Shown here piece after piece: positions 1-10,109 of a stretch of DNA of 64,000 bases (within the stretch, counting starts at the first letter, position 1; each line of letters starts with the position of its first letter). A model generated the notes under the pieces. It made no database searches. It saw only the letters and a list, made by a program, of their open reading frames with translations, and was not told where the DNA came from. The stretch is from Candidatus Hydrogenedentota bacterium (GTDB taxonomy: Bacteria; Hydrogenedentota; Hydrogenedentia; Hydrogenedentales; SLHB01), in the NCBI GenBank assembly GCA_963668025.2, contig CAXXTH010000011.1, positions 64,001 through 128,000 on the forward strand. The letters run 5' to 3'. Made by a program: the position numbers and the translations under genes.

Positions 1-243
1 CAGCATTACGGAACAGGCGCGTGGACGGATCTTTCGGACAAGCAAGTGCAAGCGCCGCACGAGGCGAATCTGTTGGCGCTTGCGGCGGACAAGGCCTTCC
101 GGCGGCTCGGATGGCGGCCCCGGTGGGATTTTGGCCAAGCTGTCCAACATGCCAGTTCGTGGTACCGCCGCCATGGCGGCGGTGAATCCGCTTTAGACCT
201 GTGTATAGAAGATATAGAATCCTATATAAGGAGTGAATCGTGA
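1..243 (+). CDS. rfbG: CDP-glucose 4,6-dehydratase, C-terminal part (truncated by window start)
   Basis: Frame 1 is open from base 1 ([10 protein letters not shown]...[24 protein letters not shown]), matching the RfbG C-terminal PHEA-x-LL-x-L...LGW-x-P-x-W pattern; overlaps the rfbH start. Confidence 0.85.
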   Translation, partial: QHYGTGAWTDLSDKQVQAPHEANLLALAADKAFRRLGWRPRWDFGQAVQHASSWYRRHGGGESALDLCIEDIESYIRSES

Positions 244-1553
244 GTACTGAGGCTGAATTGCGCCAGCAGATCAAAGAGCTGGTCACTGCGTTTTGTGAAA
301 CCCGCTTTGCCGGAAAGGCCTTCATTCCCGGTGAAACGCGCATACCCTATGCCGGGCGTGTGTATGATGCCGCCGAAATGACGGCCCTCGTCGAGTCCGG
401 CCTCGATTTCTGGCTGACGGCGGGCCGGTTTAGTGAAGAAATGGAATCGGAGCTTGCCGCCTATTTCGGCCTCAACGACGCCATTTTAGTTAATAGCGGG
501 TCGAGTGCGAATCTCATCGCCTTGTCTTCGCTGACTTCGCCCAAGCTGGGCGAACGCCGGCTCAAGCCGGGAGATGAGGTGATTACCGTGGCCGCGGGAT
601 TTCCCGCCACGGTTAGCCCCATCGTGCAGAACCAACTCATCCCCGTGTTCATCGATGTCGAAATGGCGACGTATAACACGACTCCCGAACGGGTCGCGGC
701 CGCGATAAGCCCCAAGACAAAGGCCATCATGATCGCCCATACCATGGGAAATCCGTTCGATGCGCCCGCCATCGCGGCATTGGCCGAGGAGCATGGGCTT
801 TGGCTCATTGAGGACAACTGCGACGCCTTGGGCACGCGCATCGGCGGACGCCTGACAGGCACCTTCGGGCATCTGGCCACGGAATCCTTTTATCCGGCCC
901 ATCACATCACCATGGGGGAGGGCGGATGCGTGCTCACCGATGATGAGGATTTGGCCCGCATTGCCCGTTCCTTCCGCGATTGGGGGCGGGACTGCTATTG
1001 CTCGAGCGGCGAGACCAATACCTGCGGGCGGCGCTTCACCCAGCAATTCGGCACACTGCCCAAAGGCTACGATCATAAATATGTCTATTCCCATATCGGC
1101 TATAACCTTAAAGTGACCGATATGCAGGCCGCCGTAGGTTGCGCCCAACTCAAAAAACTGCCCCAGTTCATCGAAGCCCGCAAGCGCAATTGGCGGGCGC
1201 TGCGTAACGGCTTGGAGCCCTACGCGGAACGCCTCGTGCTTCCCGAAGCGACGACTGGCAGCGATCCATCCTGGTTCGGAGTGGTGTTATCCGTCGCCGA
1301 AGGCGCCGGTTTCTCGCGTAATGACCTGACGGGATTTTTAGAAGAACACAAGATCGAGACCCGTAATCTCTTTGGCGGCAACCTGCTGCGCCATCCCGCG
1401 TTCATCGACATCGAGCACCGGGTTTCGGGGACGCTCCATAATGCCGACCGCATCACGGAGCAGACCTTCTTTGTGGGCTGTTATCCGGGCTTGACGGATG
1501 CGCATATTCAATATATGCTCGAAACATTCGCCCAATTCTTCGAAAGGAAATAG
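240..1553 (+). CDS. rfbH: CDP-4-keto-6-deoxy-D-glucose 3-dehydrase (E1, RfbH/DdhC)
   Basis: NSGSSANL motif; [14 protein letters not shown] with His instead of the PLP Lys; RDCYC...TCG Fe-S cysteines; [15 protein letters not shown]. Confidence 0.95.
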   Translation: MSTEAELRQQIKELVTAFCETRFAGKAFIPGETRIPYAGRVYDAAEMTALVESGLDFWLTAGRFSEEMESELAAYFGLNDAILVNSGSSANLIALSSLTSPKLGERRLKPGDEVITVAAGFPATVSPIVQNQLIPVFIDVEMATYNTTPERVAAAISPKTKAIMIAHTMGNPFDAPAIAALAEEHGLWLIEDNCDALGTRIGGRLTGTFGHLATESFYPAHHITMGEGGCVLTDDEDLARIARSFRDWGRDCYCSSGETNTCGRRFTQQFGTLPKGYDHKYVYSHIGYNLKVTDMQAAVGCAQLKKLPQFIEARKRNWRALRNGLEPYAERLVLPEATTGSDPSWFGVVLSVAEGAGFSRNDLTGFLEEHKIETRNLFGGNLLRHPAFIDIEHRVSGTLHNADRITEQTFFVGCYPGLTDAHIQYMLETFAQFFERK

Positions 1554-1555
1554 CC

Positions 1556-2281
1556 GTGCCGCCTGTCCGCAAATTGCGCACCACCGTGGCCTCGGTCGAA
1601 GACCACGGCGAAGACGTGTATACCGTCACCTTGGTTCCCGAGTCGCCTGTGCCCGCATTCCGGGCAGGCCAATTCCTGCATTTGGCGCTGGATGCGTATG
1701 ACCCATCCAGCCATTGGCCCGAGTCCCGCGTATTTTCCATTGCAAATGCGCCGTCAAACCGGGAGATGCTCCGCGTCACCTACACGGTGAAAGGCCCCTA
1801 CACGCGGCGCATGGCTGCCGAGATCAAGCCCGGCGCGGAAGTGTGGGTGAAGCTGCCTTATGGTTCTTTCCGTATCGAACCGGAGCCTGGCCGCGAAATG
1901 GCCCTGGTGGCGGGAGGCACGGGAATCACGCCATTTATCTCGTTTCTTGAGCTGGCCTGCGCCAAAGGCTGCGATGCGCCTATTCACCTATTCTACGGCG
2001 TGCGCAAACCGCCGCTGGCGCTGTATCAGCCCCTCATTGAAGAGGCGAAGCATCAGCTCAGCGCGTTTTCGTACCACTTGTTTTCAGAAGAAACCGATGC
2101 AATGCCCGAAGGCGCGACTGCCGGGCGGCTGGCCCCGGCGCAAGCCGCCGCTCGAGTGCGCGACAAGGAAAACGCCATTTTCTACTTATCTGGCCCGCCC
2201 ATTATGATCGATGTTTTCCGCTCCGGCCTCACGGGCTTGGGTATTGCGTCCGCTCATATCCGAGTGGACGACTGGGACTAG
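1556..2281 (+). CDS. FAD/NAD-dependent ferredoxin-reductase-like oxidoreductase (probable E3/DdhD-type partner, without 2Fe-2S domain)
   Basis: FRAGQF, RVFSIAN (RxYS-like), LVAGGTGITPF and YLSGPP motifs of the FNR family; starts 2 nt after rfbH. Confidence 0.8.
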   Translation: MPPVRKLRTTVASVEDHGEDVYTVTLVPESPVPAFRAGQFLHLALDAYDPSSHWPESRVFSIANAPSNREMLRVTYTVKGPYTRRMAAEIKPGAEVWVKLPYGSFRIEPEPGREMALVAGGTGITPFISFLELACAKGCDAPIHLFYGVRKPPLALYQPLIEEAKHQLSAFSYHLFSEETDAMPEGATAGRLAPAQAAARVRDKENAIFYLSGPPIMIDVFRSGLTGLGIASAHIRVDDWD

Positions 2282-2302
2282 ATTTATAAACAGCATCCCA
2301 TT

Positions 2303-3865
2303 TTATGCTTCCCAGCCGCCGCCAATGGCCTTGATGAGCAGAATCGTCGAGGCGATCCGTTGGTATAAAATGTCCACGTCGGACAATTCATTACTCAGTA
2401 CGGTTTGCTCCGCATTTACGACTTGCATGTAATCGGATGTTCCCGTTTTGTACTCGATTTGAGTCAGCCGCAGGTATTCGCGGGCCGCTTCGGAGGCCTT
2501 TGTCTGTGATTCGGCCTGTATCGCACGCTGGTGCAGGTCCGTTAATGAATCCTCTACGTCCAGAAACGCGCCCAAAACGCTGGTCCGATATGTGGCTTCA
2601 AGTTCATCATACCGCGCTTTAGCCTGCTGCAAACTGGCCTTCAATTGCCCGCCCTTGAAGATGGGCAATGAAATGCTCGGCCCGAGGGACCAATACCGGT
2701 TTTGCCAGTCAAGAACTTCTCCGATGTCGGAGCTTTGGAAACCTGCGCTTCCGGTCAGTTTGATGGTCGGAAAGAAATCCGCTTGTGCGACTCCTATTTC
2801 AGCGCAAGCGGCAACGAGATTCTGTTCAGCCTCCGCCACATCGGGCCTGCGCCGGAGCAAGTCTGATGGCAAGCCTGCGGGAATCGTAGGCGGCGTTGTG
2901 GTAAGCGGCCGCGCAGCGAGCGAAAACTGGGATGGCGCACGCCCCAGTAGAATGGCTATGGCATGTTCCAGATCGGTGCGTTGCCGGTTTGTATCCGCGG
3001 CCTGCGCACGGGTGGACTCGAGTTGGATCCTCGCCTGCAAGGCGTCCGTTTCGCTCTCCAATCCAGATTGATATTGCCATTGTGTCAAATCGGCTTGCTC
3101 CTGATAAAGGGCTAGATTCTTGTTAATGATCTCCACTTGCGAGTCCAGCGAACGGATGTTGAAATAGTTTTTTACGAGATCAGCCAAAAGGGTCTGGCGG
3201 ACCAACTCGAGGTCGTAGGCGGACGCCATTCTCTGGGCTTGCGCGGATTCATACGACCGGCGGATGCGCCCCCACATGTCTATTTCGTAAGAAAGATCGA
3301 ACGGAACCTGGAAACCACTGCTAAAAGATGGTTTGGAGGCCCCATCCTCGGATGAACTCGAAGTCAGCGAAGTGCTTGTTCCCGTGCTGCTTGTGGTTCC
3401 CGTACCGCTCGTATCGCCTTCAGCCAAGGCGCTGATCTGGTCGACAATGCTCGACATCTTTTCCACGGTGGTAATGGCTTCCGATAGCTTATCTGATGAA
3501 TCGGATGAAGTGGATGCCCCTGGCGTGCGTGAACGGGACGCGGAAAAGCCCGAGGTGATCACGGGGAAGAACGAGCCTTTGACCGACGCAGCCGAAGCGC
3601 GGGATTGCTCGACGCGGGCCATGGCAGCTTTGACGTCTTGATTGGCCACAAGCGCTTCTTCCACGAGGGCATCGAGTTCCGGATCCTGGAAGAGCCGCCA
3701 CCACTCCTGGCTAAGCCCAGGCTGGGCCAGCTCATCTTCGGAAGCGCTCTTGAAGCTGGCGGGCATGTCCAATTCAGGGCGTTGATAATCCGGGCCTGTT
3801 TTACATGATGCGGCAGCTAAAACGAATAGTAAAACGCCCGCTGTTGTCGCGATAGCCTTATTCAT
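2303..3865 (-). CDS. NodT/OprM-family outer-membrane efflux lipoprotein (OMF)
   Basis: Lipobox-like LAAASC; GPDYQRP; WWRLFQDPEL; SYEIDMWG; PSDLLRRRPDVAEAE; ends LIKAIGGGW. Carries an extra Ser/Thr-rich insert at about aa 117-179. Confidence 0.92.
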   Translation of the reverse strand: MNKAIATTAGVLLFVLAAASCKTGPDYQRPELDMPASFKSASEDELAQPGLSQEWWRLFQDPELDALVEEALVANQDVKAAMARVEQSRASAASVKGSFFPVITSGFSASRSRTPGASTSSDSSDKLSEAITTVEKMSSIVDQISALAEGDTSGTGTTSSTGTSTSLTSSSSEDGASKPSFSSGFQVPFDLSYEIDMWGRIRRSYESAQAQRMASAYDLELVRQTLLADLVKNYFNIRSLDSQVEIINKNLALYQEQADLTQWQYQSGLESETDALQARIQLESTRAQAADTNRQRTDLEHAIAILLGRAPSQFSLAARPLTTTPPTIPAGLPSDLLRRRPDVAEAEQNLVAACAEIGVAQADFFPTIKLTGSAGFQSSDIGEVLDWQNRYWSLGPSISLPIFKGGQLKASLQQAKARYDELEATYRTSVLGAFLDVEDSLTDLHQRAIQAESQTKASEAAREYLRLTQIEYKTGTSDYMQVVNAEQTVLSNELSDVDILYQRIASTILLIKAIGGGWEA

Positions 3866-3904
3866 ATATGCACCTCATGGCTTTTCAGCGTTCTAAGTAA
3901 GATT

Positions 3905-5110
3905 TTACTCATGGCGCAGCGCCTCGATAGGATCTAGGCGCGCTGCCTTCCTAGCAGGGAAGAAGCCAAACACGACGCCCACTGCGGCGGAGAATAGAAA
4001 TGCAACAAAGATGATCTGAGCATTGAATACAAACGGCACATTCAAGACGCTGGTGAGCACGAGAGAAGCGCCTAATGCGATTATGATCCCGATCAATCCG
4101 CCGCAAGAAGACAGCACGACGGCTTCGACCAGAAACTGGAGGAGCACCTCGCGTTCCAATGCCCCGATGGCGAGGCGGGTGCCAATTTCGCGGGTGCGCT
4201 CGGTGACCGATACGAGCATGATGTTCATGATGCCAATGCCGCCTACCAGCAAGCTCACCGCGGCCACGGCGCTCAGCAGACCTGTCAATACTCTCGTGGT
4301 GCCCGAGAGCATCGTCGCTATTTCTTTCATGTCCATGACGTTAAAATTGTCTTCTTCCGATTCTGCCAGATGCCGCCGGGCGCGCATCAGCAGTCCGATT
4401 TCTTCCTTTGCTTGGTCGGTGGAGAAACCATCTTTGATGGATACCTGGATAAGATTCACGTTTTCATTGCCCGAGATACGGCGTTGTAAGGTCCGTAAAG
4501 GCATCAACACGACATCATCCTGATCGTTGCCCATCGAGGACTGGCCCTTGCTTTTGAGCAGTCCAATCACTTCACAAGAGATTTTGTTCAGGCGTATCTT
4601 GCTGCCGACCGGGCTTTGGCTGCCAAAGAGCTTGGTGCGCACGGTCTCGCCAATCACGCATACGGACGCACCAGCCCGCACCTCCACTTCATTGAAATTA
4701 CGGCCTTCCTTAATATGATTATTGCTTACAGTCAAATAGTCAGCGGTGGTTCCGGTGATGGAGGTCGTCCAGTTCTCATTTCCCAATATAGCGGTCAATG
4801 AGCTGTTCGACGCTGGCGCCACTGCCTTGACTGAGGATATATCGCGGGCAATGGCCTCGGCATCATTAAGCTTGAATGGAGAGGCCCCTTCTTGCTGTCC
4901 TGGCCCCATGCGCTTGCCTGGGCTCACCATCAATAAATTGCTGCCCAGACTCGATATCTGATCCGTGACTTGCTGGGTGGCTCCACCGCCAAGCGTCACC
5001 AGGATGATGACCGCGGACACGCCGATGATAATACCCAGCATGGTTAGAAACGAGCGCATGACATTTCGGCGCAGCTCACGCAACGCCAGCAATAATGCAT
5101 TTACTAGCAT
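3905..5110 (-). CDS. MacB-family ABC transporter permease
   Basis: [13 protein letters not shown]; [24 protein letters not shown]; ends DPIEALRHE. Confidence 0.95.
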   Translation of the reverse strand: MLVNALLLALRELRRNVMRSFLTMLGIIIGVSAVIILVTLGGGATQQVTDQISSLGSNLLMVSPGKRMGPGQQEGASPFKLNDAEAIARDISSVKAVAPASNSSLTAILGNENWTTSITGTTADYLTVSNNHIKEGRNFNEVEVRAGASVCVIGETVRTKLFGSQSPVGSKIRLNKISCEVIGLLKSKGQSSMGNDQDDVVLMPLRTLQRRISGNENVNLIQVSIKDGFSTDQAKEEIGLLMRARRHLAESEEDNFNVMDMKEIATMLSGTTRVLTGLLSAVAAVSLLVGGIGIMNIMLVSVTERTREIGTRLAIGALEREVLLQFLVEAVVLSSCGGLIGIIIALGASLVLTSVLNVPFVFNAQIIFVAFLFSAAVGVVFGFFPARKAARLDPIEALRHE

Positions 5111-5838
5111 CAGGCTTCCTCCTTATGCACATGATCGGTGTGGAGCAGCCCATCTTTGAATTGCACGGTGCGATTGGCGTATATAGCCATATCCGGCTCA
5201 TGCGTCACCATTACGATGGTGATGCCCAAGTCCTGATTAAATGAGGTGAGTATATCCATGATTTCCTTGCTTCGCGTGGAATCCAAATTTCCCGTAGGTT
5301 CATCCGCCAACAATACGACGGGCTGAGTGACGATGGCGCGTGCGATGGCGACCCGCTGCTGCTGGCCTCCCGACAGTTCGCTGGGCGTGTGGTGCTCCCA
5401 TCCTGTCAATCCCACTTGCGCTAATGCTTGGCGTGCATGCATATGGCGTATGTGGGCTTTTTCGCCGCGATAAATCAACGGAAGCTCCACATTCTCCTGC
5501 GCTGAGGTGCGGTTGAGCAGATTGAACCCCTGGAAAATAAATCCCAGGTAAAAACGGCGCAGCATCGCCCGCTGATTCCGTGTAATCCGCCCTACCTCGA
5601 TGCCCTGAAAGCTATATGTGCCTGCGGTGGGCGTATCTAGGCAGCCAAGAATGTTCATGCAGGTGCTCTTTCCCGAGCCGCTAGGCCCCATCACGGCGAC
5701 AAATTCTCCCGGGAAAATGCGCAGGTCTATGCCACGCAACGCTTCCATCGTCGCGGAGCCGGAGCCATATACTTTTGTTACCCCGGCTAATTCGATGATA
5801 GGCTGGTTCGCCTTGTTATCTGTATCTAATGTGTTCAT
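5110..5838 (-). CDS. ABC transporter ATP-binding protein (MacB/LolD-like)
   Basis: Walker [10 protein letters not shown], signature LSGGQQQRV, Walker [12 protein letters not shown]. Confidence 0.95.
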   Translation of the reverse strand: MNTLDTDNKANQPIIELAGVTKVYGSGSATMEALRGIDLRIFPGEFVAVMGPSGSGKSTCMNILGCLDTPTAGTYSFQGIEVGRITRNQRAMLRRFYLGFIFQGFNLLNRTSAQENVELPLIYRGEKAHIRHMHARQALAQVGLTGWEHHTPSELSGGQQQRVAIARAIVTQPVVLLADEPTGNLDSTRSKEIMDILTSFNQDLGITIVMVTHEPDMAIYANRTVQFKDGLLHTDHVHKEEA

Positions 5839-7163
5839 TATTTCGCCGCAGTTATCTGGTTAGTGACCAATTCCATTCCCGGTTCGATTTCTCCACTGAG
5901 CACTTCCGTCATTACGCCGTCGCTCAGCCCCTTTGTAATGAGGATCGGAACCAGTTGGCCGTCGCGGAGCGTCCACACTTGCTGCTCTTTCTCTTTCGAA
6001 TTGCCGTTTGCCCGCTGCTTGGTTTCCGAGCTGGGCGGACGCGGCATAATTGCACTTATCAAGCTGCCACTCGATTTGCTGGACTCTTCCGCTTGAGGCG
6101 GAGCGAAACGTAATGCCGCATTGGGAACCAGGAGCGCGTTTTCCCGCTTTTCCACGGTAATCTCCGCAGTCGCGGTCATGCCAGGACGCAATTTGAGGCT
6201 GGAATTATCAACCGCCAGTATCCCCTTATACGTCACAACGCCCTCGGTGGTTTCCGAGCCATACCGCACTTGCGTCGTGCGCGCGAGAAATTCTTGATCA
6301 GAATATGCAGCCACGGTGAAAGTGGCATCTTGGCCTTCTTTCACCTGGCCCACATCCGCTTCATCCACATCCACTTGCAGCTCCATTTGTGTCAGGTCTT
6401 CCGCGAGCGTAAACAGGATCGGCGACTCGAAGGAAGCGGCCACCGTTTGGCCAGGCTCGATATCCCGTTCCAGGACAATGCCGTTGATCGGCGAATGCAC
6501 CAACGCTTTCGCCAGATCAGAACGGTTTGCATCCAATGTCGCTTGCGCCTGCGCCACGGAAGCTTTCGCGCTGGCTTCGTCGGCATGGGCGCGGGCCAGC
6601 TCGGCTTTTTGGGTGTCAAATTCATTTTTAGAAGGGATTTTGCCTCCGCTCAACTCGCGGGCCTCGGTTAGCCGGGCCATCTGGGCGTTTGCCTCCTGCA
6701 CCGTGGCTTGCGTTTGAAGCAGCTTGGCGCGTGCTGAGTCTAGCGCCGCTTCCGACTGGAGCGATTGCGCCTCGAGCTTCGATGTGTCTAGCTCCGCCAG
6801 CAATTGCCCTACTTCCACATGGTCGTTGTAATCAACTTCCACCGACTTTATCGTGCCCGACACCTCGATGCCGACTTCGACTGTCTTGATGGGTTCAAGG
6901 GTGCCTGTCGCCCCCACCGTCACAACGAGATCTCCCCGGCTCACCGCTTTGGTCTCATATTGCACCGCGTTTGTCGTGTCCCGATGCAAATAGAATATCC
7001 CCGCAGCCACAATCACGGTGATTAGCGCCATCCAAAACAGCAAGCGCCGCAGCCATGATTTTTTGGCATGTGCTCCCGTGCCAAGCGTTTTCGCGATGTC
7101 ATTTGTCTGATTCATGTTAGGATTCATCATCGTCTTTGCCCGATCTGGTTGCGTTTGTTTCAT
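5838..7163 (-). CDS. MacA-like periplasmic adaptor (membrane fusion protein); true start may be a downstream ATG near 7115-7130
   Basis: N-terminal TM helix; GDLVVTVGATGTLEP; SPINGIV; VDEADVGQV; LRPGMTA; LLVPNAAL. Confidence 0.92.
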   Translation of the reverse strand: MKQTQPDRAKTMMNPNMNQTNDIAKTLGTGAHAKKSWLRRLLFWMALITVIVAAGIFYLHRDTTNAVQYETKAVSRGDLVVTVGATGTLEPIKTVEVGIEVSGTIKSVEVDYNDHVEVGQLLAELDTSKLEAQSLQSEAALDSARAKLLQTQATVQEANAQMARLTEARELSGGKIPSKNEFDTQKAELARAHADEASAKASVAQAQATLDANRSDLAKALVHSPINGIVLERDIEPGQTVAASFESPILFTLAEDLTQMELQVDVDEADVGQVKEGQDATFTVAAYSDQEFLARTTQVRYGSETTEGVVTYKGILAVDNSSLKLRPGMTATAEITVEKRENALLVPNAALRFAPPQAEESSKSSGSLISAIMPRPPSSETKQRANGNSKEKEQQVWTLRDGQLVPILITKGLSDGVMTEVLSGEIEPGMELVTNQITAAK

Positions 7164-7830
7164 CGCTTCTGGTTGCCGTGTTCGTGTGTCCGTGATTGTT
7201 CCGGGAAATCGCCTTGACTCCGGCCAGTGAAAATTTCAAGATGTGGTCTGCAAGGCAGTTTATTTCTGCTTCCGTGATCCCAAAAATGGTCCTTGGGCCT
7301 TCATCATCGCCCGGTCCTGGCGCGGCCATAAAGCATTGTGAGACAATGCTCATCTCACACCATTCCACTTCTTTTTGCATCGCACCAGGCCCTAAGAGCT
7401 CGCGTATGATTTCCTGGATGAGCGTCCGATCCTGGTCTAGCCGCGAATCCAAAAGCTCCACCAGCAATCCGGTGGGGTCAAATCGTTCCGCCATCAGGAT
7501 CCGGTGAAGAGCCCCCAAGCGCTCCGGATCAAACATCCGGCACAGATGGGCATGAATGAGGGCCCATAACCGCTTATCCGAAGCTGCCGTGGATGGCAGG
7601 CCCCCATCCAAGGGGTATAACGTTTCCGCCTTTTGCGTCAAGTACTCAAAAGCAGCTTTATATAGGATTTGTTTGGCGCCAAAGTAATAATTGATCGCTG
7701 CCGTATTGGTGCGCGCCCGGCGGCAGATTTCCGCATGAGTCGCGTCCCGAAATCCTTTTTCGGCGAAGACCTTGCATGCTTCCTCAAGAATTCGGTTTTT
7801 CGTGATTTGTCCGCGCCGTTGACCGTTCAT
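7117..7830 (-). CDS. TetR-family regulator with CecR/DUF1956-type C-terminal domain
   Basis: HTH ILEEACKVFAEKGF...AINYYFGAKQILY; C-terminal LADHILKFSLAG; GAGGT RBS before the ATG at 7830. Confidence 0.85.
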   Translation of the reverse strand: MNGQRRGQITKNRILEEACKVFAEKGFRDATHAEICRRARTNTAAINYYFGAKQILYKAAFEYLTQKAETLYPLDGGLPSTAASDKRLWALIHAHLCRMFDPERLGALHRILMAERFDPTGLLVELLDSRLDQDRTLIQEIIRELLGPGAMQKEVEWCEMSIVSQCFMAAPGPGDDEGPRTIFGITEAEINCLADHILKFSLAGVKAISRNNHGHTNTATRSDETNATRSGKDDDES

Positions 7831-7847
7831 CGCATCTACCTCAATCA

Positions 7848-7864
7848 AAATCAATCGTTTATTT
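7848..7864. promoter_or_regulatory. Candidate TetR/CecR operator
   Basis: Imperfect palindrome AAATCAATCGTTTATTT between the -10 box and the RBS of the TetR gene. Confidence 0.5.
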
Positions 7865-7879
7865 CAACTGAACAATTCA

Positions 7880-7908
7880 ATTATAGAATAGAAAATCCGT
7901 TTTTGCAA
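7880..7908 (-). promoter_or_regulatory. Sigma70-type promoter of the TetR-exporter operon
   Basis: Minus strand reads TTGCAA-N17-TATAAT. Confidence 0.75.
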
Positions 7909-8046
7909 GTTTTTTTATCATGCTGGATTCCGTTGTGATTACATAACCTAAGGTGAAAAAAAACAGGCATGCCGTTACACTTCTTACGCAAATTTAAATT
8001 GCGCATAAGAGTTCATAACGGAAAGAGGAAATAGGCAAACAACAAC

Positions 8047-8069
8047 AAAAAGCGGCTTGCCGCCGCTTT
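8047..8069 (-). terminator. Intrinsic terminator downstream of the 50-aa peptide gene
   Basis: Hairpin AAAGCGGC/GCCGCTTT followed by a T-run on the minus strand. Confidence 0.6.
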
Positions 8070-8201
8070 AGGTGTGCAGTTTTTTATGCATGTGTCGGTT
8101 TGATGCGGGCACTGAGTGGACCTTTCCAGGTTGCGTCCCATGAAAAGATGGCGCATCACCCAATAAGGTGGTTCATCCGGCGACGGGAAAAATTTCTGAT
8201 T

Positions 8202-8354
8202 TTAGACGGTCGTAGTTCCCTTGTTGATTTTATCGGCAAGCGCAAGCAAAAAAGTGAAAACCGCGTTCATCATGGAAGTGACAGCGGCCAGAATATCGGA
8301 AATGGTTTCATCAGCGGCTTTCACTACGGTGACAGGACGAATGTGCGCCATCAT
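8202..8354 (-). CDS. Small 50-aa amphipathic peptide (absent from the ORF track)
   Basis: Hand translation MMAHIRPVTVVKAADETISDILAAVTSMMNAVFTFLLALADKINKGTTTV*; GGGAG RBS just upstream; own terminator downstream. Confidence 0.65.
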   Translation of the reverse strand: MMAHIRPVTVVKAADETISDILAAVTSMMNAVFTFLLALADKINKGTTTV

Positions 8355-8473
8355 ATTTCTCCCTTTGTGTCCCGCGCATGGGCGTTTATTACCTATAGGC
8401 GAACCAGGTTAGCGGGTGGTTTTCCCGCCTGGGAATCACAGTATCATATCAGCCGGTGCCGGATACAACTTGA

Positions 8474-9349
8474 TTGAGCGATATTATCAAAGGGTGCGGC
8501 CAAAGGTTGTTTGCCGGTGTGGGAATCCGGCAAAATGCCGATGTGAATCAAGAACACGACAAACAAAAGCAGGTGGCGGCGGCCCTTGAACTCCTCTATG
8601 CCCAATACGGTGCCCGTGCATTTGTGTACCCGGATCCCCTTCATTTCTTGTATGAGTATTCCGCCGCGCAAGACCGGGAAATCGTGGGAATGATTGCGTC
8701 GTCATTGGCGTTTGGTAACGTGAGGCAAATCGCGAACAGCGTGCGCCTGGTGCTCGATTTAATGGGAAGCCCAGCCCAATTCGTGCTGGGCTCTTCTCTG
8801 GGTTCCTTGAAACGGCTCTTTAAGGATTTCAAGCATCGCTATGTTGGTGGCGCTGAATTGAGCGCGTTAATGGAAGGAATACGCGGAGCTATCGAGGAAT
8901 ACGGTTCGCTGCAAGCATGTTTCATGTCCGGATTTGATACGGCGCATGAGAATGTGCTGGCGGCGGAGATTCACTTCGTCTCCGTATTGAACCGGAAAGC
9001 GTCGAGCCGTAATTTTTTACTGCCGGATCCGCGTGCGGGAAGCGCCTGCAAGCGATTGCAGCTCTACTTGCGCTGGATGGTCCGGCAAGATGCCGTGGAT
9101 CCAGGCGGTTGGGAGCAGATTCCGGCATCCAAGCTCATTATGCCGATGGACACGCATATCTTTCGGGTGGCCCGCTTATTTGGATGGACGCAGCGCAGCC
9201 AGGCGGACATGAAGGCGGCTCTTGAGGTGACCCGCAAGCTGAAGGCGGTTTGCCCGGAAGACCCCGTGAGGTATGATTTTGCCCTCACGAGGCTGTCCAT
9301 GCGCGGAGAAGAAGGGCTGCATGCGTTCCATGCGTCGTGCGGTGAATAA
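8474..9349 (+). CDS. TIGR02757/DUF2400 family protein (HhH-like); true start may be GTG near 8543
   Basis: DPLHF, DREIVGMIASSLAFG, SACKRLQLYLRWMVR, PMDTH, DPVRYDFAL motifs. Confidence 0.88.
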   Translation: MSDIIKGCGQRLFAGVGIRQNADVNQEHDKQKQVAAALELLYAQYGARAFVYPDPLHFLYEYSAAQDREIVGMIASSLAFGNVRQIANSVRLVLDLMGSPAQFVLGSSLGSLKRLFKDFKHRYVGGAELSALMEGIRGAIEEYGSLQACFMSGFDTAHENVLAAEIHFVSVLNRKASSRNFLLPDPRAGSACKRLQLYLRWMVRQDAVDPGGWEQIPASKLIMPMDTHIFRVARLFGWTQRSQADMKAALEVTRKLKAVCPEDPVRYDFALTRLSMRGEEGLHAFHASCGE

Positions 9350-9459
9350 ATGGATTTTCTACTCTAGTTCATAGGCGAATCTAGGGGCAGGAATAGGGGA
9401 GCCAGTAGTGAAGGTTTCTCCTCGAAATAACCAAGGTTGTAACGGAAGGAGATATTCCC

Positions 9460-10056
9460 ATGCAAACACTAGTAACCAATGTAGCGCCTGAATTCAAAGC
9501 ACAAACGGTTATGCCCGACAATACCATCGTGGAGAAGACCTTGTCGGATCTGCGCGGCGGCAAGTATGCGGTGTTGTTCTTCTATCCGCTGGATTTTACG
9601 TTCGTATGTCCCTCGGAGATCATCGCCTTCAACAATAAACTCGATGAGTTCAAGAAGTTGAAATGCGAAGTGATCGGCGTGTCGGTGGATTCGCAGTACA
9701 CCCACTTGGCGTGGAAGAACACTCCCGTCGAAAAGGGCGGTATTGGCAATATTCAATACCCGCTAGTGGCTGACCTCACGAAGAGCATCGCACAGTCCTA
9801 TGGCGTGCTGCTTAACGAAGGAGTGGCCTTGCGCGGCTTGTTTCTAATCGACAAGGCTGGCGTCGTGCGCCACGCCCTCATCAACGATCTGCCGCTAGGC
9901 CGCAGTATCGAAGAAGCCCTGCGTATGGTCGAAGCCCTGCAATTCACCGAAAAGCATGGGGAAGTATGCCCCGCGAATTGGAAACATGGAGCGGATGGCA
10001 TGAAGCCCACGGCGGATGGCGTGGCGGATTACCTGGCTAAACATAAAAACGCCTGA
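9460..10056 (+). CDS. ahpC: Typical 2-Cys peroxiredoxin (AhpC/Prx1)
   Basis: [13 protein letters not shown] and resolving GEVCPANW; GGAG RBS. Confidence 0.95.
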   Translation: MQTLVTNVAPEFKAQTVMPDNTIVEKTLSDLRGGKYAVLFFYPLDFTFVCPSEIIAFNNKLDEFKKLKCEVIGVSVDSQYTHLAWKNTPVEKGGIGNIQYPLVADLTKSIAQSYGVLLNEGVALRGLFLIDKAGVVRHALINDLPLGRSIEEALRMVEALQFTEKHGEVCPANWKHGADGMKPTADGVADYLAKHKNA

Positions 10057-10067
10057 ATTCGGACGTG

Positions 10068-10102
10068 AAAACAGCCGTGGGCCTTTCGAGGCCCACGGCT
10101 TA
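10068..10102. terminator. Terminator hairpin between convergent ahpC and pspC
   Basis: Perfect 12-bp stem AGCCGTGGGCCT/AGGCCCACGGCT with TTCG loop; A-run on the left side. Confidence 0.8.
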
Positions 10103-10109
10103 TCAATAG

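Noticed and set aside
8105-8190. Resemblance to a c-di-GMP-I riboswitch (minus strand CCAT..ATGGGACGCAA)
   Set aside because: Lacks the GGCAAA 5' segment, the GAAA tetraloop and the tetraloop receptor.
8100-8477. Plus-strand ORFs 8100..8477 and 8221..8412
   Set aside because: TTG starts, no RBS, no protein-like features; the minus-strand 50-aa ORF has an RBS and a terminator.
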